A DNA stretch of 64,000 bases from Aplysia californica (GCF_000002075.1 NW_004797684.1:381870-445869); one strand, 5' to 3'; shown: positions 52,001-62,832, numbered from the stretch's first letter. The notes: generated by a model from the letters alone, not told the origin. Numbers and translations are program-made.

Positions 52001-55000
52001 CTCGTAAATAGAAATCTAGATCTAGGCAAAGGTTTCTCCTAATCCAATACATGTAGATCTACTGCTCTACATCGTTGCACAAGTCTAAAGTGAAAGAAAT
52101 ATTTGTACTAGTCACCAAACCTAGTCAAATTCTTGTTAGTCCAACCTTTGTGTCTTGGGGAGGTTTTTTAAAAATTATTTTAAAAAAAATTTCAAATACA
52201 TTTTAATTCAGTAGCCTATAGTTAACAAATATGACAGTTTTCCCTTCCAAAAACATATATGTTCCAATATATTGCCTCAGGATCTCACTGGTTTTACTCG
52301 AGAGCGCGTGTCCGCCTTCACGTGAATTTCCTCCTTTTTTGAAATTCCTGAGTGGCAGCTATGTGATTGAGACCTTTAGCCTTTGTATTTTCACGAGAGA
52401 ATTTGCTTTGTTTAAACACTAGAAAATTATATTTCTTCATGCGGATGAATTTATATTTCTCTCAACTACGCAACAGTTAATAACTGAGTTATGAACTTGT
52501 TTGTTTTTTTGGTTGGTCTTTATTCTTTTCTTTCCCCTATTGTTTCTATCTGCCTTTTACTTTACCCTGTATTAAATGGCTTTAAGGTGTCAGTGTGCTT
52601 TTCCATTGTCAAACTCAAGCACAACTGCACAACATATTAATGATCATGTTGGTATTTGTCCATTTTAGGTGGAAGACTTACTGTGTCCTCCTGGGCGAAA
52701 TGATCGGCCACCGCAGATAGTGACCATCATTCGGGGACTGCCGGGCAGTGGCAAGACTTATGTCAGCAAGCTGCTTAGGGTGAGTGTCTGCACTAGGGGT
52801 GGGCCTTAATGTTTGTGTATGTCTGTGTTTGGTTTGTGACTGGGTGTGTTTGGGTGTGTACATTCGTATTGTTCACAGTTTGTGAATGAATATCGTTGCC
52901 GTCGTGATAAGCATAGATAAGTGACATTTGATACATTTTTCAAGAGAAAAAAAAAAGAAGATTTTTTTAAACAGATGGCTAAGAATTATCAGAATTTCAT
53001 ACCGTTTAAAAAGTCCACTTTTGATTGTTAATTTGAATATAAGTTTTTAACCAGCTTGTGAAAAATACTTTGTAGAATATGTTTCACGAAAAAAAGCAAA
53101 ATGGAAAATTTTGTTGTTATCCGATTTTATCATGATGGTGATGATATACATGTGATTTCACCATTTGAGTGGCTGCTGATCTTTTTGTGTGAGCATGTGC
53201 GAGTGTGTCTTTGTTTATATGTGAGCATGTGTGCACGTGTGTTTGGTTTTGGACCTGGCATGTTTAGATTTGATGGGTGTATGTGTGTCTTAACATTGTT
53301 GTGCCCAGTTTGAATAAATATGTGGTTTTGTATGTGAGTGGATGTTTTTGTTTTTGTTTGTGTATGAGCATGTGTGTGTGTGTGTGTAAAGCATTTGAAT
53401 GAATGTTTGTGTATTTGTGTCTTAAAGACTGCATATATATATTTTTGTTGCATTATTCATTTTGCCTCTATTTGTGTTAGTTTTAATGATGTATAATATG
53501 TGGAAAGTTTTAAAATGTATGTGTACAGTTATCTACTTTGTGCTGCAGGAGAAAGAACGACTGTGGTGTTCAAGTCACTCTCTCCTACTGTTTAATTGTG
53601 AGAATAACGCTTTTGCTTGAATTACATTTTTGTATAAGATAGGCTGCAGATGTAGATTTTACTTCTGAAATAGCATTGTAAGGTAGGATTAGAAATAAAA
53701 ACCAGTTTTGAACATTATTGCGGTGAATTTCTCCGAAATTCGGAAACCATGGCAGGTGTTATGACAAGTTATTTCCCTTGCTTTGAATATGAAGCTGACA
53801 CACTAAGTTCCATGCTAGCAGTCCCCTAAGTTTCTTGAGAAGTTGTTTGGTCTTTATGGCAATGATTGTGGATATATCTTTCGATATAGGAAAAAGAAAT
53901 CAGCTATGGAGGAGGAGCTCCACGCATGCTGTGCCTGGATGATTATTTCATGGTGGAGACAGACAAGATGGAGGTCGACCCTGACACTGGGAAAAAAGTC
54001 AAGCGGAAGGTCAGAGAATAAAAATTTTCCCTTCTTGATTTTGTCAGCTGTTGTTTTTGGAAATGTATTTTAAGTATGTTTTACTGATTTAGCAATTTAC
54101 ACTCAAAAAAGGTCAAAATAACGTTTGTTGTATGAATACTCTATGTGTCATGATTTTGTTCAAGTCGTGCTGTCTCCAGCTGAACCATTTTACTCATTCC
54201 AATTAAAATTTGACCAATTTTTTTTGTTTTTGAAAAGGGAAATAACTGGCTTACGGCAATTTCTTAAAAATGTTGTGAGATTTTGATCTCCAAATTTATT
54301 ATCTTTTGGCATTGATTGTAAGAGTGGATTGCATTCTGATTTTTACATTACAAAAAGAATGGCTTGAAAAGGTATTTGTTTTGATGTTTGATTCATATGT
54401 GGCTATTATTTCTCTAACTAATAATACTATTCACCTTGAGAATAAATAACTCTTATGCCTCTGCTTCCCTTCTTAGCCCAGTGTGATTTATTGTTGTCTA
54501 GTCATACTTTCTCTCTACAGCAAGAGGTCATGGGCGCCACTGGTAGGTCATTCTTCTTGCTTCTTTTTCTGATATATCTGTCTATCTTTATTGCTTTTGT
54601 CCCTCGCTCTAAATGCCCATTGTTGTGTTGATGAGCTTCTTCCCTTAACTTAAACAAACAAAATGAATGCATTGGTTTCTGTTTATCGGTCTTGCATTTT
54701 ATCCCCTTGCCCTAAATGCGGGATATTGTGTTAATGTGCTTCTCAAACAAATGAGTGTATCTGTTTCTCTCTATCAGTTTTACTTTTGTGAGTGTGCACC
54801 TCTTAACTCAAACTTTTATGCTTTCTTCTACATCACAGGTTCTAGAGTATGAGTACGAACAAGCCGTAGAAGAGGCGTATCGCCAGAGTTTGCTCAAGTC
54901 TTTCAAGAAAACTGTAGACGATGGTTTCTTCCCGTTCATTATCCTCGATGCTACCAATGAGAGAGTCTCTCATTTCTCGGAGTTTTGGAGCTACGCTAAG

Positions 55001-55310
55001 TCAAGAGGCTTTCAGGCAAATTTTCCTTTTTTGTGATTGAAATACTTAATTATTTGGTGTCCAGTGTCGATTTTTTCACAAAAGTAGTGCTGGTTTTGTT
55101 TTTATAGTTAGATAATGATACCCCCCCAAAAAAATGAAGTAAGAGATCTAATGGGCTACTGGAAAAGATAAATTTAGATATATGAGGGTTTAAGATTGTT
55201 TTCTAGCATTTGATCCATCATTGTGTTAATAGAAATGAGATAGCAACTTGTTTTTTTAATATTTATTTTTGGTTAATATATGTGTGGTTTTGTGAGTACA
55301 TGCATACAAT

Positions 55311-55341
<31 letters not shown>

Positions 55342-58300
55342 GTGGATGTGTGTGTGTGTTTGTGTGCACGTGTGAGTATGTGCATGTTCATGCCCTCAGC
55401 TCAAATGGACAGATGGTACATTGACGTTCTGATACAGACAACGCTTAATCCTTTTCTAAATTACTTTTGCCCTTGTTAGATGTCGAGGTGCCTCATTGTA
55501 ATTTGCAATGCAACATCCAACTCTCTAACAAGATTTTTTTTAAAAATGGTGTATACACTGTGTTGAGGATAACTCGATGCCTCTTGGGTTTCAGAATAAA
55601 GAATCAAGGATAGAGAACTGTTCTGTACAGTGGACTTAACAATCATATTATAAATGTCGGCCTGTTCTTTCTATCATTTGCGGTTTTTAGGTGTACGTTG
55701 GAGAACTGAAAGCTGACATTTCTACATGTATACAGCGCAATATCCACAAGTGGACAGAGTGGGACATTGAGAAGGTTTGTGCTGAGAAACCAAACTGAAG
55801 TGTAGGATTATCAATGTTGGGTTGAATGGCTGGATTTGTACTTGAGCTGATGTTTTTGTCGGGGGTTTTTTCCCGGCTGATTAAAAATGTTGTTAGTTCT
55901 TTGTTGGAAGTGAGATCTGTACTAAGCATGCTTTTGTTTTCTATTGTTTGTTATGTGGTTTTGACTATGTGGGTGGTTGGCGGGTGCTCTGGTGTGGTTT
56001 GCACCATCTTTCCTGTCAAACATCTGTCGTCCTTATCTCTCCTCCTCCTTTTCTTTGTATGTTACTATCCAGTTGCAACACCTCTAATCTTTAACTTTTA
56101 TATTACCTATTTGTGTTGCAAGTGCTGTAAAATTCTTACTAAAACATGAACTAAGTTTAACAATTTACTTTCATGGGTAGTTGGGGGATGTTACTGGTAG
56201 GTCGTTTATTATTCCTCTGTTATATCTGTCTGTCTTGTCTGTTTTGCTTTTTCCCAGCACCAAGTGACTATTAGCATGCCGATGTGCTACTTTTTGCTCA
56301 ACTAGAGCGAAGTAAAACTTTATTTACTTTGTCTTTGAAGACAGGAGGTCTGATTGAATAGAAAGCTAACGGTTGGTTGGTGAGCACTATGGTGTGATCT
56401 GGTTTGCTGTGAAGTGTAGTTGATGAAATGTGGCCGTTGACTCAGTGGTAAAGTGATGAGCTGCAGTGTGAAAGCACTGACTGTAAATTTTAGCTGAACT
56501 TTTGTGTTTTTCAGGAAGAAACCGACTATCTTTGTTTGGTCTGTTTTTCGGGCAGCCACTGACTATCCTTGTTTGTTCCAGGTGAAGTCTCAATGGGAAC
56601 CGCTGCCCAGCCATTACATCCGCCTGGACTTGAGGTGGTTGCTGCAAGAGGATTCTATCCCTGAGGTAGCTCTGAGTCTCAGCTTGTTGATTTGTATACT
56701 GATAGTCTGGATCATTAGTTTCTTTGAGTTAACGCGTTGAACCCTTACTATTTTTAGCCAGCTCATTGCCCTAGCCTTGTCATTTTGCGATAATAATTAT
56801 CATTATTCTAAAAGTTCAAATGTAATGAACCAATACAGGCTAGGGATTGAGAACTGGCACAGTTCTATACCTCTTCAGAATCTTCAAAACAAATCAGACT
56901 TTGTTTTTAAGTTTAATATCTGTTTTTTTTTATACTGTTTGAAAAGTTCATCTTGATTTCATATTCTAGAAAAGACCAAAGGATTGTAACGCGAAGACTG
57001 AGTTCAGATTCACAGATATCATTGCTAAGATCCATAAAAATGACATTAGTATAATGTGGGAATTGGCTTCTTATGTGGTTCTTTGGTAGGAAAAGTCGTT
57101 GTGATGATAGTTGCTGTGTGCTGGCTTTACAGCCATATTGTGAAAAACTTGTCTGTCAATATATTCCCAATAATGACTGAGGTCAGGATTAGGCAAAAAG
57201 ACCCATGTCCCAATATCACTCAGGAACGAGGTTCAGTGAGATAAACGCTCTGCCTGCATGTGCAGATGTCTTTTTTGGAGGCGGATTCTACCCTTAAGGG
57301 AATGTCCAGCTTGTTGGTGAATTTGATTGTTTGCTTTGTGAATTTCTTTTTGTCAAATACTCTTCTTATATAAATCCCGTACCGTAGATGGTTTGAGGGT
57401 GCCATAGGTAGGTCTTTCTTGGCTTATCTTCTGTTGTTTCTTTCTGTCTGTCCTTCATAACATCAACATCGAATGGGTAGTTTGTAATATCCACAAGGCT
57501 TTGCACCCATCTTATCGGCTTTGTTTAACTTGAGATAAAGTTCAATTTCGGAGGTCTGGCCTCGTAGATAACTTAACAACAGTGCTCAATGACATACCTT
57601 GATTAATTGTTCTATTTTTCCTCTTAGGTTGTCATGGAGGATACAGAGCCGGAAGAAAAAGACGAAAAGAAAGAAAAAGAAGAGAAAGACGATGAGGAGG
57701 AGGAGGAGGATGCTGGCTTTGGAGGGGTACAGTTGTCTTTTGTTGTGGATTTGTGGGCAAATTGTTTAATTTTTACATTTGACTTCCTAAGAAACAGTCT
57801 GGCACTATCTCCTCTGTTATCTCTTGTATAAGCCTGCTGTGTGTATGTTTGGAAGTGGTTTGGGGTATCATTTTTAACACTTTGCGGTCACTTGGCGCAA
57901 TAATGCGACAGTGAAAATTATCCGTTCCAGTCACCTGGTGCACTGCGCCAGGCCAGAGAAGCCCTTTGTAGTCACTCTCCTGGCTGGGTGACCAGATGGG
58001 ATATTTTGTACTGCTGTCTGTGTGACTGCAAAGTGTTAAGTAGTTCTTTCCAGTTGCTCTCATTGCTATGTGCCTTTTTAGTGACTGTGTACTGATGGAG
58101 ACAGGAAAAAGCTAGAGAGAGAACAGCATAAGTTGCATATTTTTAAAACTGTGATAAAATAGATTGTAAAGTGCAGAGAGCTTGCTGTTGAGCAGGAATT
58201 TGCCCCATACAAATGCTATATATTATTATATTATGGTGATGTTAAACTTTCATTCATCACTGGAATAATAATGATAAACCGTATTTTAGAAGTCGGTGTT

Positions 58301-61300
58301 TTATATGTAGCTGTGCACTAAAAATGCTATCGTGCTTTTAAGTGCACAGTTTTTGATCCACCCGGTATTACACTCAATGCAATGATACCATTGAATATAG
58401 TTATAGTCAGTTCAATACACCGCTCAAGAACAACTGTGGCTAGAAATCCGCCAATCTGCCACAAAGCAAATTTTATGCGAGGTACATATGTTTACTGCTA
58501 GATACAGAAAAACTGATGTGAAGAAAGAAAAGTAGCACAAAAATACAAGATCTAATTATTTACCTTGAAATAATGGGCCCCCCCTACCTCCAAGTTTTGT
58601 TCCTAGATTAAGTCTTATGTGTGTATTTCAGGCAGTGCTGAGAATGTGCAGTGTTTTGGGGGTTTTTTTCAATGGGGTTTTTCCAGAGGATGCAAGTTGA
58701 GTTGTATTCAATTCAAACTGTAAAAGCATGTTTGATTAAGATAGATTGAAAAGTTTAGTCAAAATGAGTGATGAGTACTGTACACCAGACTGACCTTTCT
58801 GTGACCTGTAACAGTTTTGACCAATTAGTTACGCCACTCACTCCTTACCCCCCCTCCCCCCCCAAAAAATAAATTTATTGAACTTACTGCTGGTACTTGT
58901 ACTATATTCAAACTTTCATCTATGTTTATTATATTATAGCCTCATTCATTGAATTCAGTGAGTGTACCATTTGGAATTTAAAACTGATACAGAGCTTATA
59001 TCCAGTTATGAATTCATGAAGAAAAGGTTTGTGTGGGTGTGTGTTAATAAAATGAGTACTGTTGTAGAAAACGATGAACTTTCTCCAAACAACATCCCCC
59101 CCCCCTCCCCCTACGCACCTATAAACATAAATACATAATGGACAGTGTGCCGTTAATCAGAATGGATATGCTGCAGAAGAGCAGTCCAACAGTGGTGGTT
59201 TTTATTTCTTTTATTTAATTTTTTTTAAAAAGCAACAGGCAATGACAAAAAAGTTAAGCACTCTAACATAACTAGAATCAGTATTTAGTCATCTACGCTT
59301 GTAATATAGATCTGTAGCTTCTTACTTTGCAGTTATTTTCTGGGTGTGTGGTAATAAGAGTACAATAGGAGAAAAACATGAACTATGCATGAACACAAAC
59401 CCCAAAATCCCCCCCTCCCCCCCAAATTAGTAGTGGTATTTAATTGAAAAAATTCTTCTGCAGAAGAGCAGTGCTAATTTTGGTGCTTTGTACTTTAAAA
59501 AGAATTTAAACAAAACGAAAGAACACCCAGGCATTCTGTGATAATGCTGGTACTTATATTAGAATCAGTGTTTAGTCATCTTCAGTTATATATATAGTTT
59601 TGTACTTTGAATTGTTTGAATGTACCTTTGAGAATCTAGTTTTGTTAGATACCTTTATTGCATTTATGAATTCATGTGGACAGTTAGAAAAATCATACTT
59701 TGGTATTGTGTGCAACAGAAGAAAAAAGAAAAGAACCAACACCAGAAGAGAGAAATTTAATAAGCAAAACAGGAGGGGGGGAAAAAATTGACACCCCTCC
59801 CACCAAAGAAGCAGAAAAACATTTTGTGTGGCTGTCTTATAGCATCTTAGACTAATTGGGATAAAGATGAATGTATCAGACAGCTCATCATCAGCTGTTA
59901 GTGTATAGTGATTTGTTTAAGCTGTAAGTAAATGCCAACACCAAAAAATGGAATGTCGTCAAAGATACTCGCATGACCTCAGACTTATTCTAGACAGAAT
60001 GTGTCATGTTTGAAAAATAAGTCATTGAATGAATGCACTCAAAAAAAAAGAAGAAGAAAAGAAATGAAACTATAGCCGTATGTTTTTTGGTACCAAAAAT
60101 CTGTTTGACTCATATTATGGTCTGTTCTGCTAACTGATTCTTTTGTGACTGTAGAGTTGGAGCTGTCTTGTCTGCAAAGGCCATACAATAATGATTAACC
60201 AGCTAATATCTGTCTGAATCCTCAGTTGGACAAAGCATGACCTGCACAGTACTGATTTTGTCATATATCTCCATTAACGTATTTCCTATCCGTCAGGTTT
60301 CAAGGGCAAGCCACAGTTTATTTTTTAAAAAAAATCATTATGAGAAATGTTCTTATCGACCAGATATCTGTAAATATGATATTCAGAACCATTCATCCAT
60401 AATTCCATTCAGGTCAATTGTACAGATGTGGCCACAGATGACTCTCTATGGCTAGCGAAAAAATTTAATCTGTTGGACTGAGTTTTCCTCTCCAGCTTTT
60501 CACTGGGTTTTGTGACAGTATTATCTGTGGGTCATTAATTTTTTACTATTTGTTCCTGTTTCAGACATAGGAGATTACTTCCTGTTAATACAATTTACTG
60601 TCTTGTTTTTGCCACAGGTTGTTGGTTGTATAATGGACTTCCTTCACAGATGTTGTTCGACTGCAAGTCTGCCAAAGAGAGAAACGAGAGACTCTTGTAA
60701 AGCTTACCTTTAGGTGCACTTTGGGAGAACTGACTCTATCATATGTTTTTATTATTTTGTTGTACATAATTTATTAATTGTGTATCTATATTTACAGAGG
60801 GGATCGGCTTTTAGAGGCTGTGACCATGGCCGTTGGTTTGCTCAAAGAATGTACTGACTCAGTTTAAGCTGCTAATGCTCAGCATTTTATTCACAGAGTT
60901 TGCTGACAAGGTTTTTCTCCTGAATTATTTTTCTCTGAATATTTTGTTTTTTCAGCTTTTTTTTGGTATACAGTCTGTTGGAAGTTTTGCCATTTGTTAT
61001 CTTATGTTTTGTTTCTTTGAGAGTGTGTGTGTGCAGGTATATGTGAGTGAATGTGTGTAGTTTCTCTAGTAATGGTCAGTTCCATTTCAGGTACTGCAGT
61101 TTTTTATATCGTTTGCTTTTGTCAACAGAAAACTGAAAGGAATCTGACATCATTACTACTATATTAACCCTTGTCTTTTACTCATAGAAGGCAGTGGCAA
61201 GTCACAGCACCACCGCCAAAATGTTCCACCAGCAAAAGAGTTTTGTTGCAAACGGAACCTTCTCACATGGAAGTTCCTAATTTGTTAAGTGTTTTGAGAT

Positions 61301-62832
61301 ATTGTGTTTATGCATGAATGTCTGTTTTATGGCTGCACGCAGCATCAGTAACATATGACTAGCATCCTGGTGTGTTGCCATGGGGGTGAGGGGAGTAAGG
61401 ATGGGGTTTGGGTTGAGCTTGGCTCTGGTGCAGCTGGTCTTGCTGCGTGTTCTGTGTTAACCTGCAGGCCTTTGTGCTTCTCTAATGTTTTGACAGATCT
61501 ATCAAAAGTCCAAGTGGGAACTCGATAAATCAGAGGAGACCTTAGGTAAGATCATATTTTTTGTTGTTGTATATCTTGATTAAATGTAATGTTTAATGAT
61601 GCAATTTTGTCAATTATTTTGTTCGTGGGAGAAATAGATAAGATGAGCTTTATTTATCCTTCAGAGGAGGAAATGAACAGTGGAAGTTCCCCAGCTCTTG
61701 CAACACTCTCTTTAGATTTGTTTGTACTCATATTAGTTAAAGAAAACAGTTTCCTATGCAAGATACTTTTGAAAAGGAACACTCTTTGTTATTAATAGTT
61801 GAAAGTGTTGCTTCATCTGTAGAGAAGACAATTCCAAATTTCAAATTTCCTTTAAGAGTGTGCAATGTGTAGAAGTTAGAAAAGGATTAATAATTGTTGT
61901 GGGTTTGTTGCAAACATGAGGGAGGAAGAAATGAAAAAAAAAAAATTAAAATCTTCTTGTCCGCCATTTTAGTGATGATGGTATTTTTATGACTTCATTG
62001 TGGAGGTAATATGATATGATAAGCGTGTGAACAGTACTTATTGTTGACACAACAGTGATGGAAGTTTGACTTAGATATTTTGTATAGAGAGAAAGATTGA
62101 TGTATAAATAATATATACTTGTTGAAGAGAAAAGCTTGTTGTACTGACTCTGTGAATGCTTTCCTCTCGTGTGTGTATCTAGACAAGCTGGACGGATTGA
62201 GGGCAGGAAAGAAACATATCGGAGAGCACCAGAGCCTCAACGACTACCTACAGCTGGACCAGATGGCGGACGAGTACTTTTCCCGAGAGTCTCTGCCCGG
62301 CAAAAAGAGGGTATGTCTGGTTTGTGCCCAACAATTATGTTTCAGTTTTTATAGTTTAAGTGACTTTTTCTACTTATATTGAATAGTTTTGCCATACTGG
62401 CTCTGAAATCTGGTGAACAAGGGAAGTTGTGATTGTCAAAGCCCTTATTCAGGAGTTCGGGAGTAAAATACCATATATATGAAGTTAATTTGATTTTGCT
62501 TGAATGTCATTAGATAATTTTGTTCCCTGTTTCTTTGCCATTAAAATCAAACAGTCTAACATTTTTTTTTCTTTTTGGTAGGTGGAAATATAGATACTGA
62601 AATTGCTTACATTAAATGTACAGTTGTGTCCTTTGTATGTGTTGCTGAACAGTGTGTGCTTACTTGTGTGTTTGTGCAGGTGCGTTGGGCGGACCTGGAG
62701 GAGAAAAAGAATCAGAGTCGTCGCAGGGACCTGGGCTTCATCGTCGGGCAGACCCAGCGTGACTGGGAGCGCATCACTGACGACCAGTTTGCAGAAAAAG
62801 CTCTCAACCAGACCAAATATTATTATAAATAG
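36693..62832 (+). CDS. YLPM1: YLP motif-containing protein 1-like (ZAP3; nuclear PP1-binding protein with a C-terminal P-loop domain), spliced
   Basis: Phase-compatible exons 36693-37088, 37930-37992, 38982-39162, 39444-39554, 39970-42434, 44749-44892, 47397-47539, 47947-48059, 49137-49277, 49666-50512, 51181-51304, 52669-52779, 53890-54009, 54839-55015, 55691-55774, 56582-56665, 57628-57726, 61497-61545, 62183-62310, 62680-62832. Motifs: HPNKEQFEQYLNQWK, DYGHG, RGLPGSGKT, LDDYF, SFKKTVDDGFFPFII, KSKWE, KKRVRWADLEEKK. Confidence 0.88.
37930..37992 (+). CDS. YLPM1: YLPM1-like exon
   Basis: PRPPLPEEQPKPPLPQEHAGQ; CAA|gtgagc donor. Confidence 0.8.
38477..38918. mobile_element. MITE, same family as 22613-22890
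   Basis: GGTGAAATCAGGCGCT ... AGTGCCTGATTCCACC inverted ends. Confidence 0.65.
38982..39162 (+). CDS. YLPM1: YLPM1-like exon (Pro-rich; NAGNAG acceptor)
   Basis: acagcag tandem acceptor; G|gtgggt donor. Confidence 0.78.
39444..39554 (+). CDS. YLPM1: YLPM1-like exon
   Basis: DPELVAEMEK...QWKQQYDDWREQNQ; A|gtgagt donor. Confidence 0.85.
39970..42434 (+). CDS. YLPM1: YLPM1-like giant exon (2465 bp, RG/RGG and acidic low-complexity)
   Basis: Contains the 823-aa ORF; ccacag| acceptor, CAG|gttagt donor. Confidence 0.88.
42490..43030 (-). mobile_element. Family A copy split by a nested family B copy (42600-42969, -)
   Basis: A 3' half at 42490-42599, A 5' half at 42971-43030; AAGGGATGTTT / AAGGGATATTT flank the B insert. 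Confidence 0.78.
43192..43588 (+). mobile_element. Short retroposon family B copy
   Basis: Matches 20342-20707; inverted relative to 42600-42969. Confidence 0.85.
44749..44892 (+). CDS. YLPM1: YLPM1-like exon
   Basis: TPGLDPEHP...ELKRRRLAMED; weak CGG|gtagac donor chosen to fit phase. Confidence 0.7.
45173..45692 (+). mobile_element. Full-length tRNA-derived SINE with a Deu/Nin-like central domain and the shared stem-loop tail
   Basis: A box TGGCCTAGAGG, B box GGTTCGAATCC, GCACGTTAAAGATCCC motif, tail GCGCTCTCATATGACCTTATGCAGTTGCGAGCGCC; TSD CTT(C)7-8AG at 45161-45172 and 45693-45705. Confidence 0.85.
45991..47171. mobile_element. 1.2-kb non-autonomous TIR element
   Basis: Perfect 13-bp TIR TAGCAATGCCAAT ... 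ATTGGCATTGCTA; CpG-rich interior. Confidence 0.75.
47397..47539 (+). CDS. YLPM1: YLPM1-like exon (DPY repeats)
   Basis: PPLPPYPRDPYDPYAPDPYYPRDPY...; AG|gtgaga donor. Not in the ORF track. Confidence 0.8.
47947..48059 (+). CDS. YLPM1: YLPM1-like exon (DYGHG motif)
   Basis: long polypyrimidine tract; ...AESFDYGHGS...; C|gtgagt donor. Confidence 0.82.
48906..49086 (+). mobile_element. Short retroposon family A copy
   Basis: Perfect TSD AAACTGAACATTG (48893-48905 / 49087-49099). Confidence 0.88.
49137..49277 (+). CDS. YLPM1: YLPM1-like exon (second DYGHG)
   Basis: APTEVIDYGHGQ...; G|gtgagg donor. Confidence 0.82.
49666..50512 (+). CDS. YLPM1: YLPM1-like exon (RD/RE mixed-charge)
   Basis: Contains the 263-aa ORF; AG|gtaggt donor. 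Confidence 0.85.
51181..51304 (+). CDS. YLPM1: YLPM1-like exon
   Basis: RSRFSRGLSP...KAEVVK; AAG|gtaaag donor. Confidence 0.8.
51564..52363. mobile_element. Non-autonomous TIR element with a 6-bp TSD
   Basis: TGATTG|CATAGCTGCCACT ... AGTGGCAGCTATG|TGATTG. Confidence 0.85.
52669..52779 (+). CDS. YLPM1: YLPM1-like exon (P-loop)
   Basis: VEDLLCPPGRNDRPPQIVTIIRGLPGSGKTYVSKLLR. Confidence 0.92.
53890..54009 (+). CDS. YLPM1: YLPM1-like exon
   Basis: EKEISYGGGAPRMLCLDDYFMVE...DPDTGKKVKRK. Confidence 0.92.
54839..55015 (+). CDS. YLPM1: YLPM1-like exon (GC donor)
   Basis: VLEYEYE...SFKKTVDDGFFPFIILDA...AKSRGFQ; CAG|gcaaat donor. Confidence 0.9.
55691..55774 (+). CDS. YLPM1: YLPM1-like exon
   Basis: VYVGELKADISTCIQRNIH... 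Confidence 0.9.
55969..56152 (+). mobile_element. Short retroposon family A copy
   Basis: Consensus match. Confidence 0.8.
56582..56665 (+). CDS. YLPM1: YLPM1-like exon
   Basis: VKSQWEPLPSHYIRLDLRWLLQEDSIPE. Confidence 0.9.
57628..57726 (+). CDS. YLPM1: YLPM1-like exon (acidic)
   Basis: VVMEDTEPEE...DAGFGG; GGG|gtacag donor. Confidence 0.82.
61497..61545 (+). CDS. YLPM1: YLPM1-like exon
   Basis: IYQKSKWELDKSEETL; G|gtaaga donor. Confidence 0.88.
62183..62310 (+). CDS. YLPM1: YLPM1-like exon
   Basis: DKLDGL...DYLQL...PGKKR; AGG|gtatgt donor. Confidence 0.9.
62680..62832 (+). CDS. YLPM1: YLPM1-like terminal coding exon
   Basis: VRWADLEEKK...GFIVGQTQRDWERITD...ALNQTKYYYK*. Confidence 0.92.
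   Translation: MRWADLEEKKNQSRRRDLGFIVGQTQRDWERITDDQFAEKALNQTKYYYK

Noticed and set aside
1209-56152. CRISPR-like array of recurring repeats
   Set aside because: The repeats are dispersed, lie on both strands and carry TSDs in a eukaryotic context; there is no regular spacer structure and no cas gene.
58766-58822. Box C/D snoRNA candidates (GTGATGA...CTGA here and at about 56453)
   Set aside because: No terminal stem, no recognisable rRNA guide, and atypical spacing; such motifs are expected by chance.
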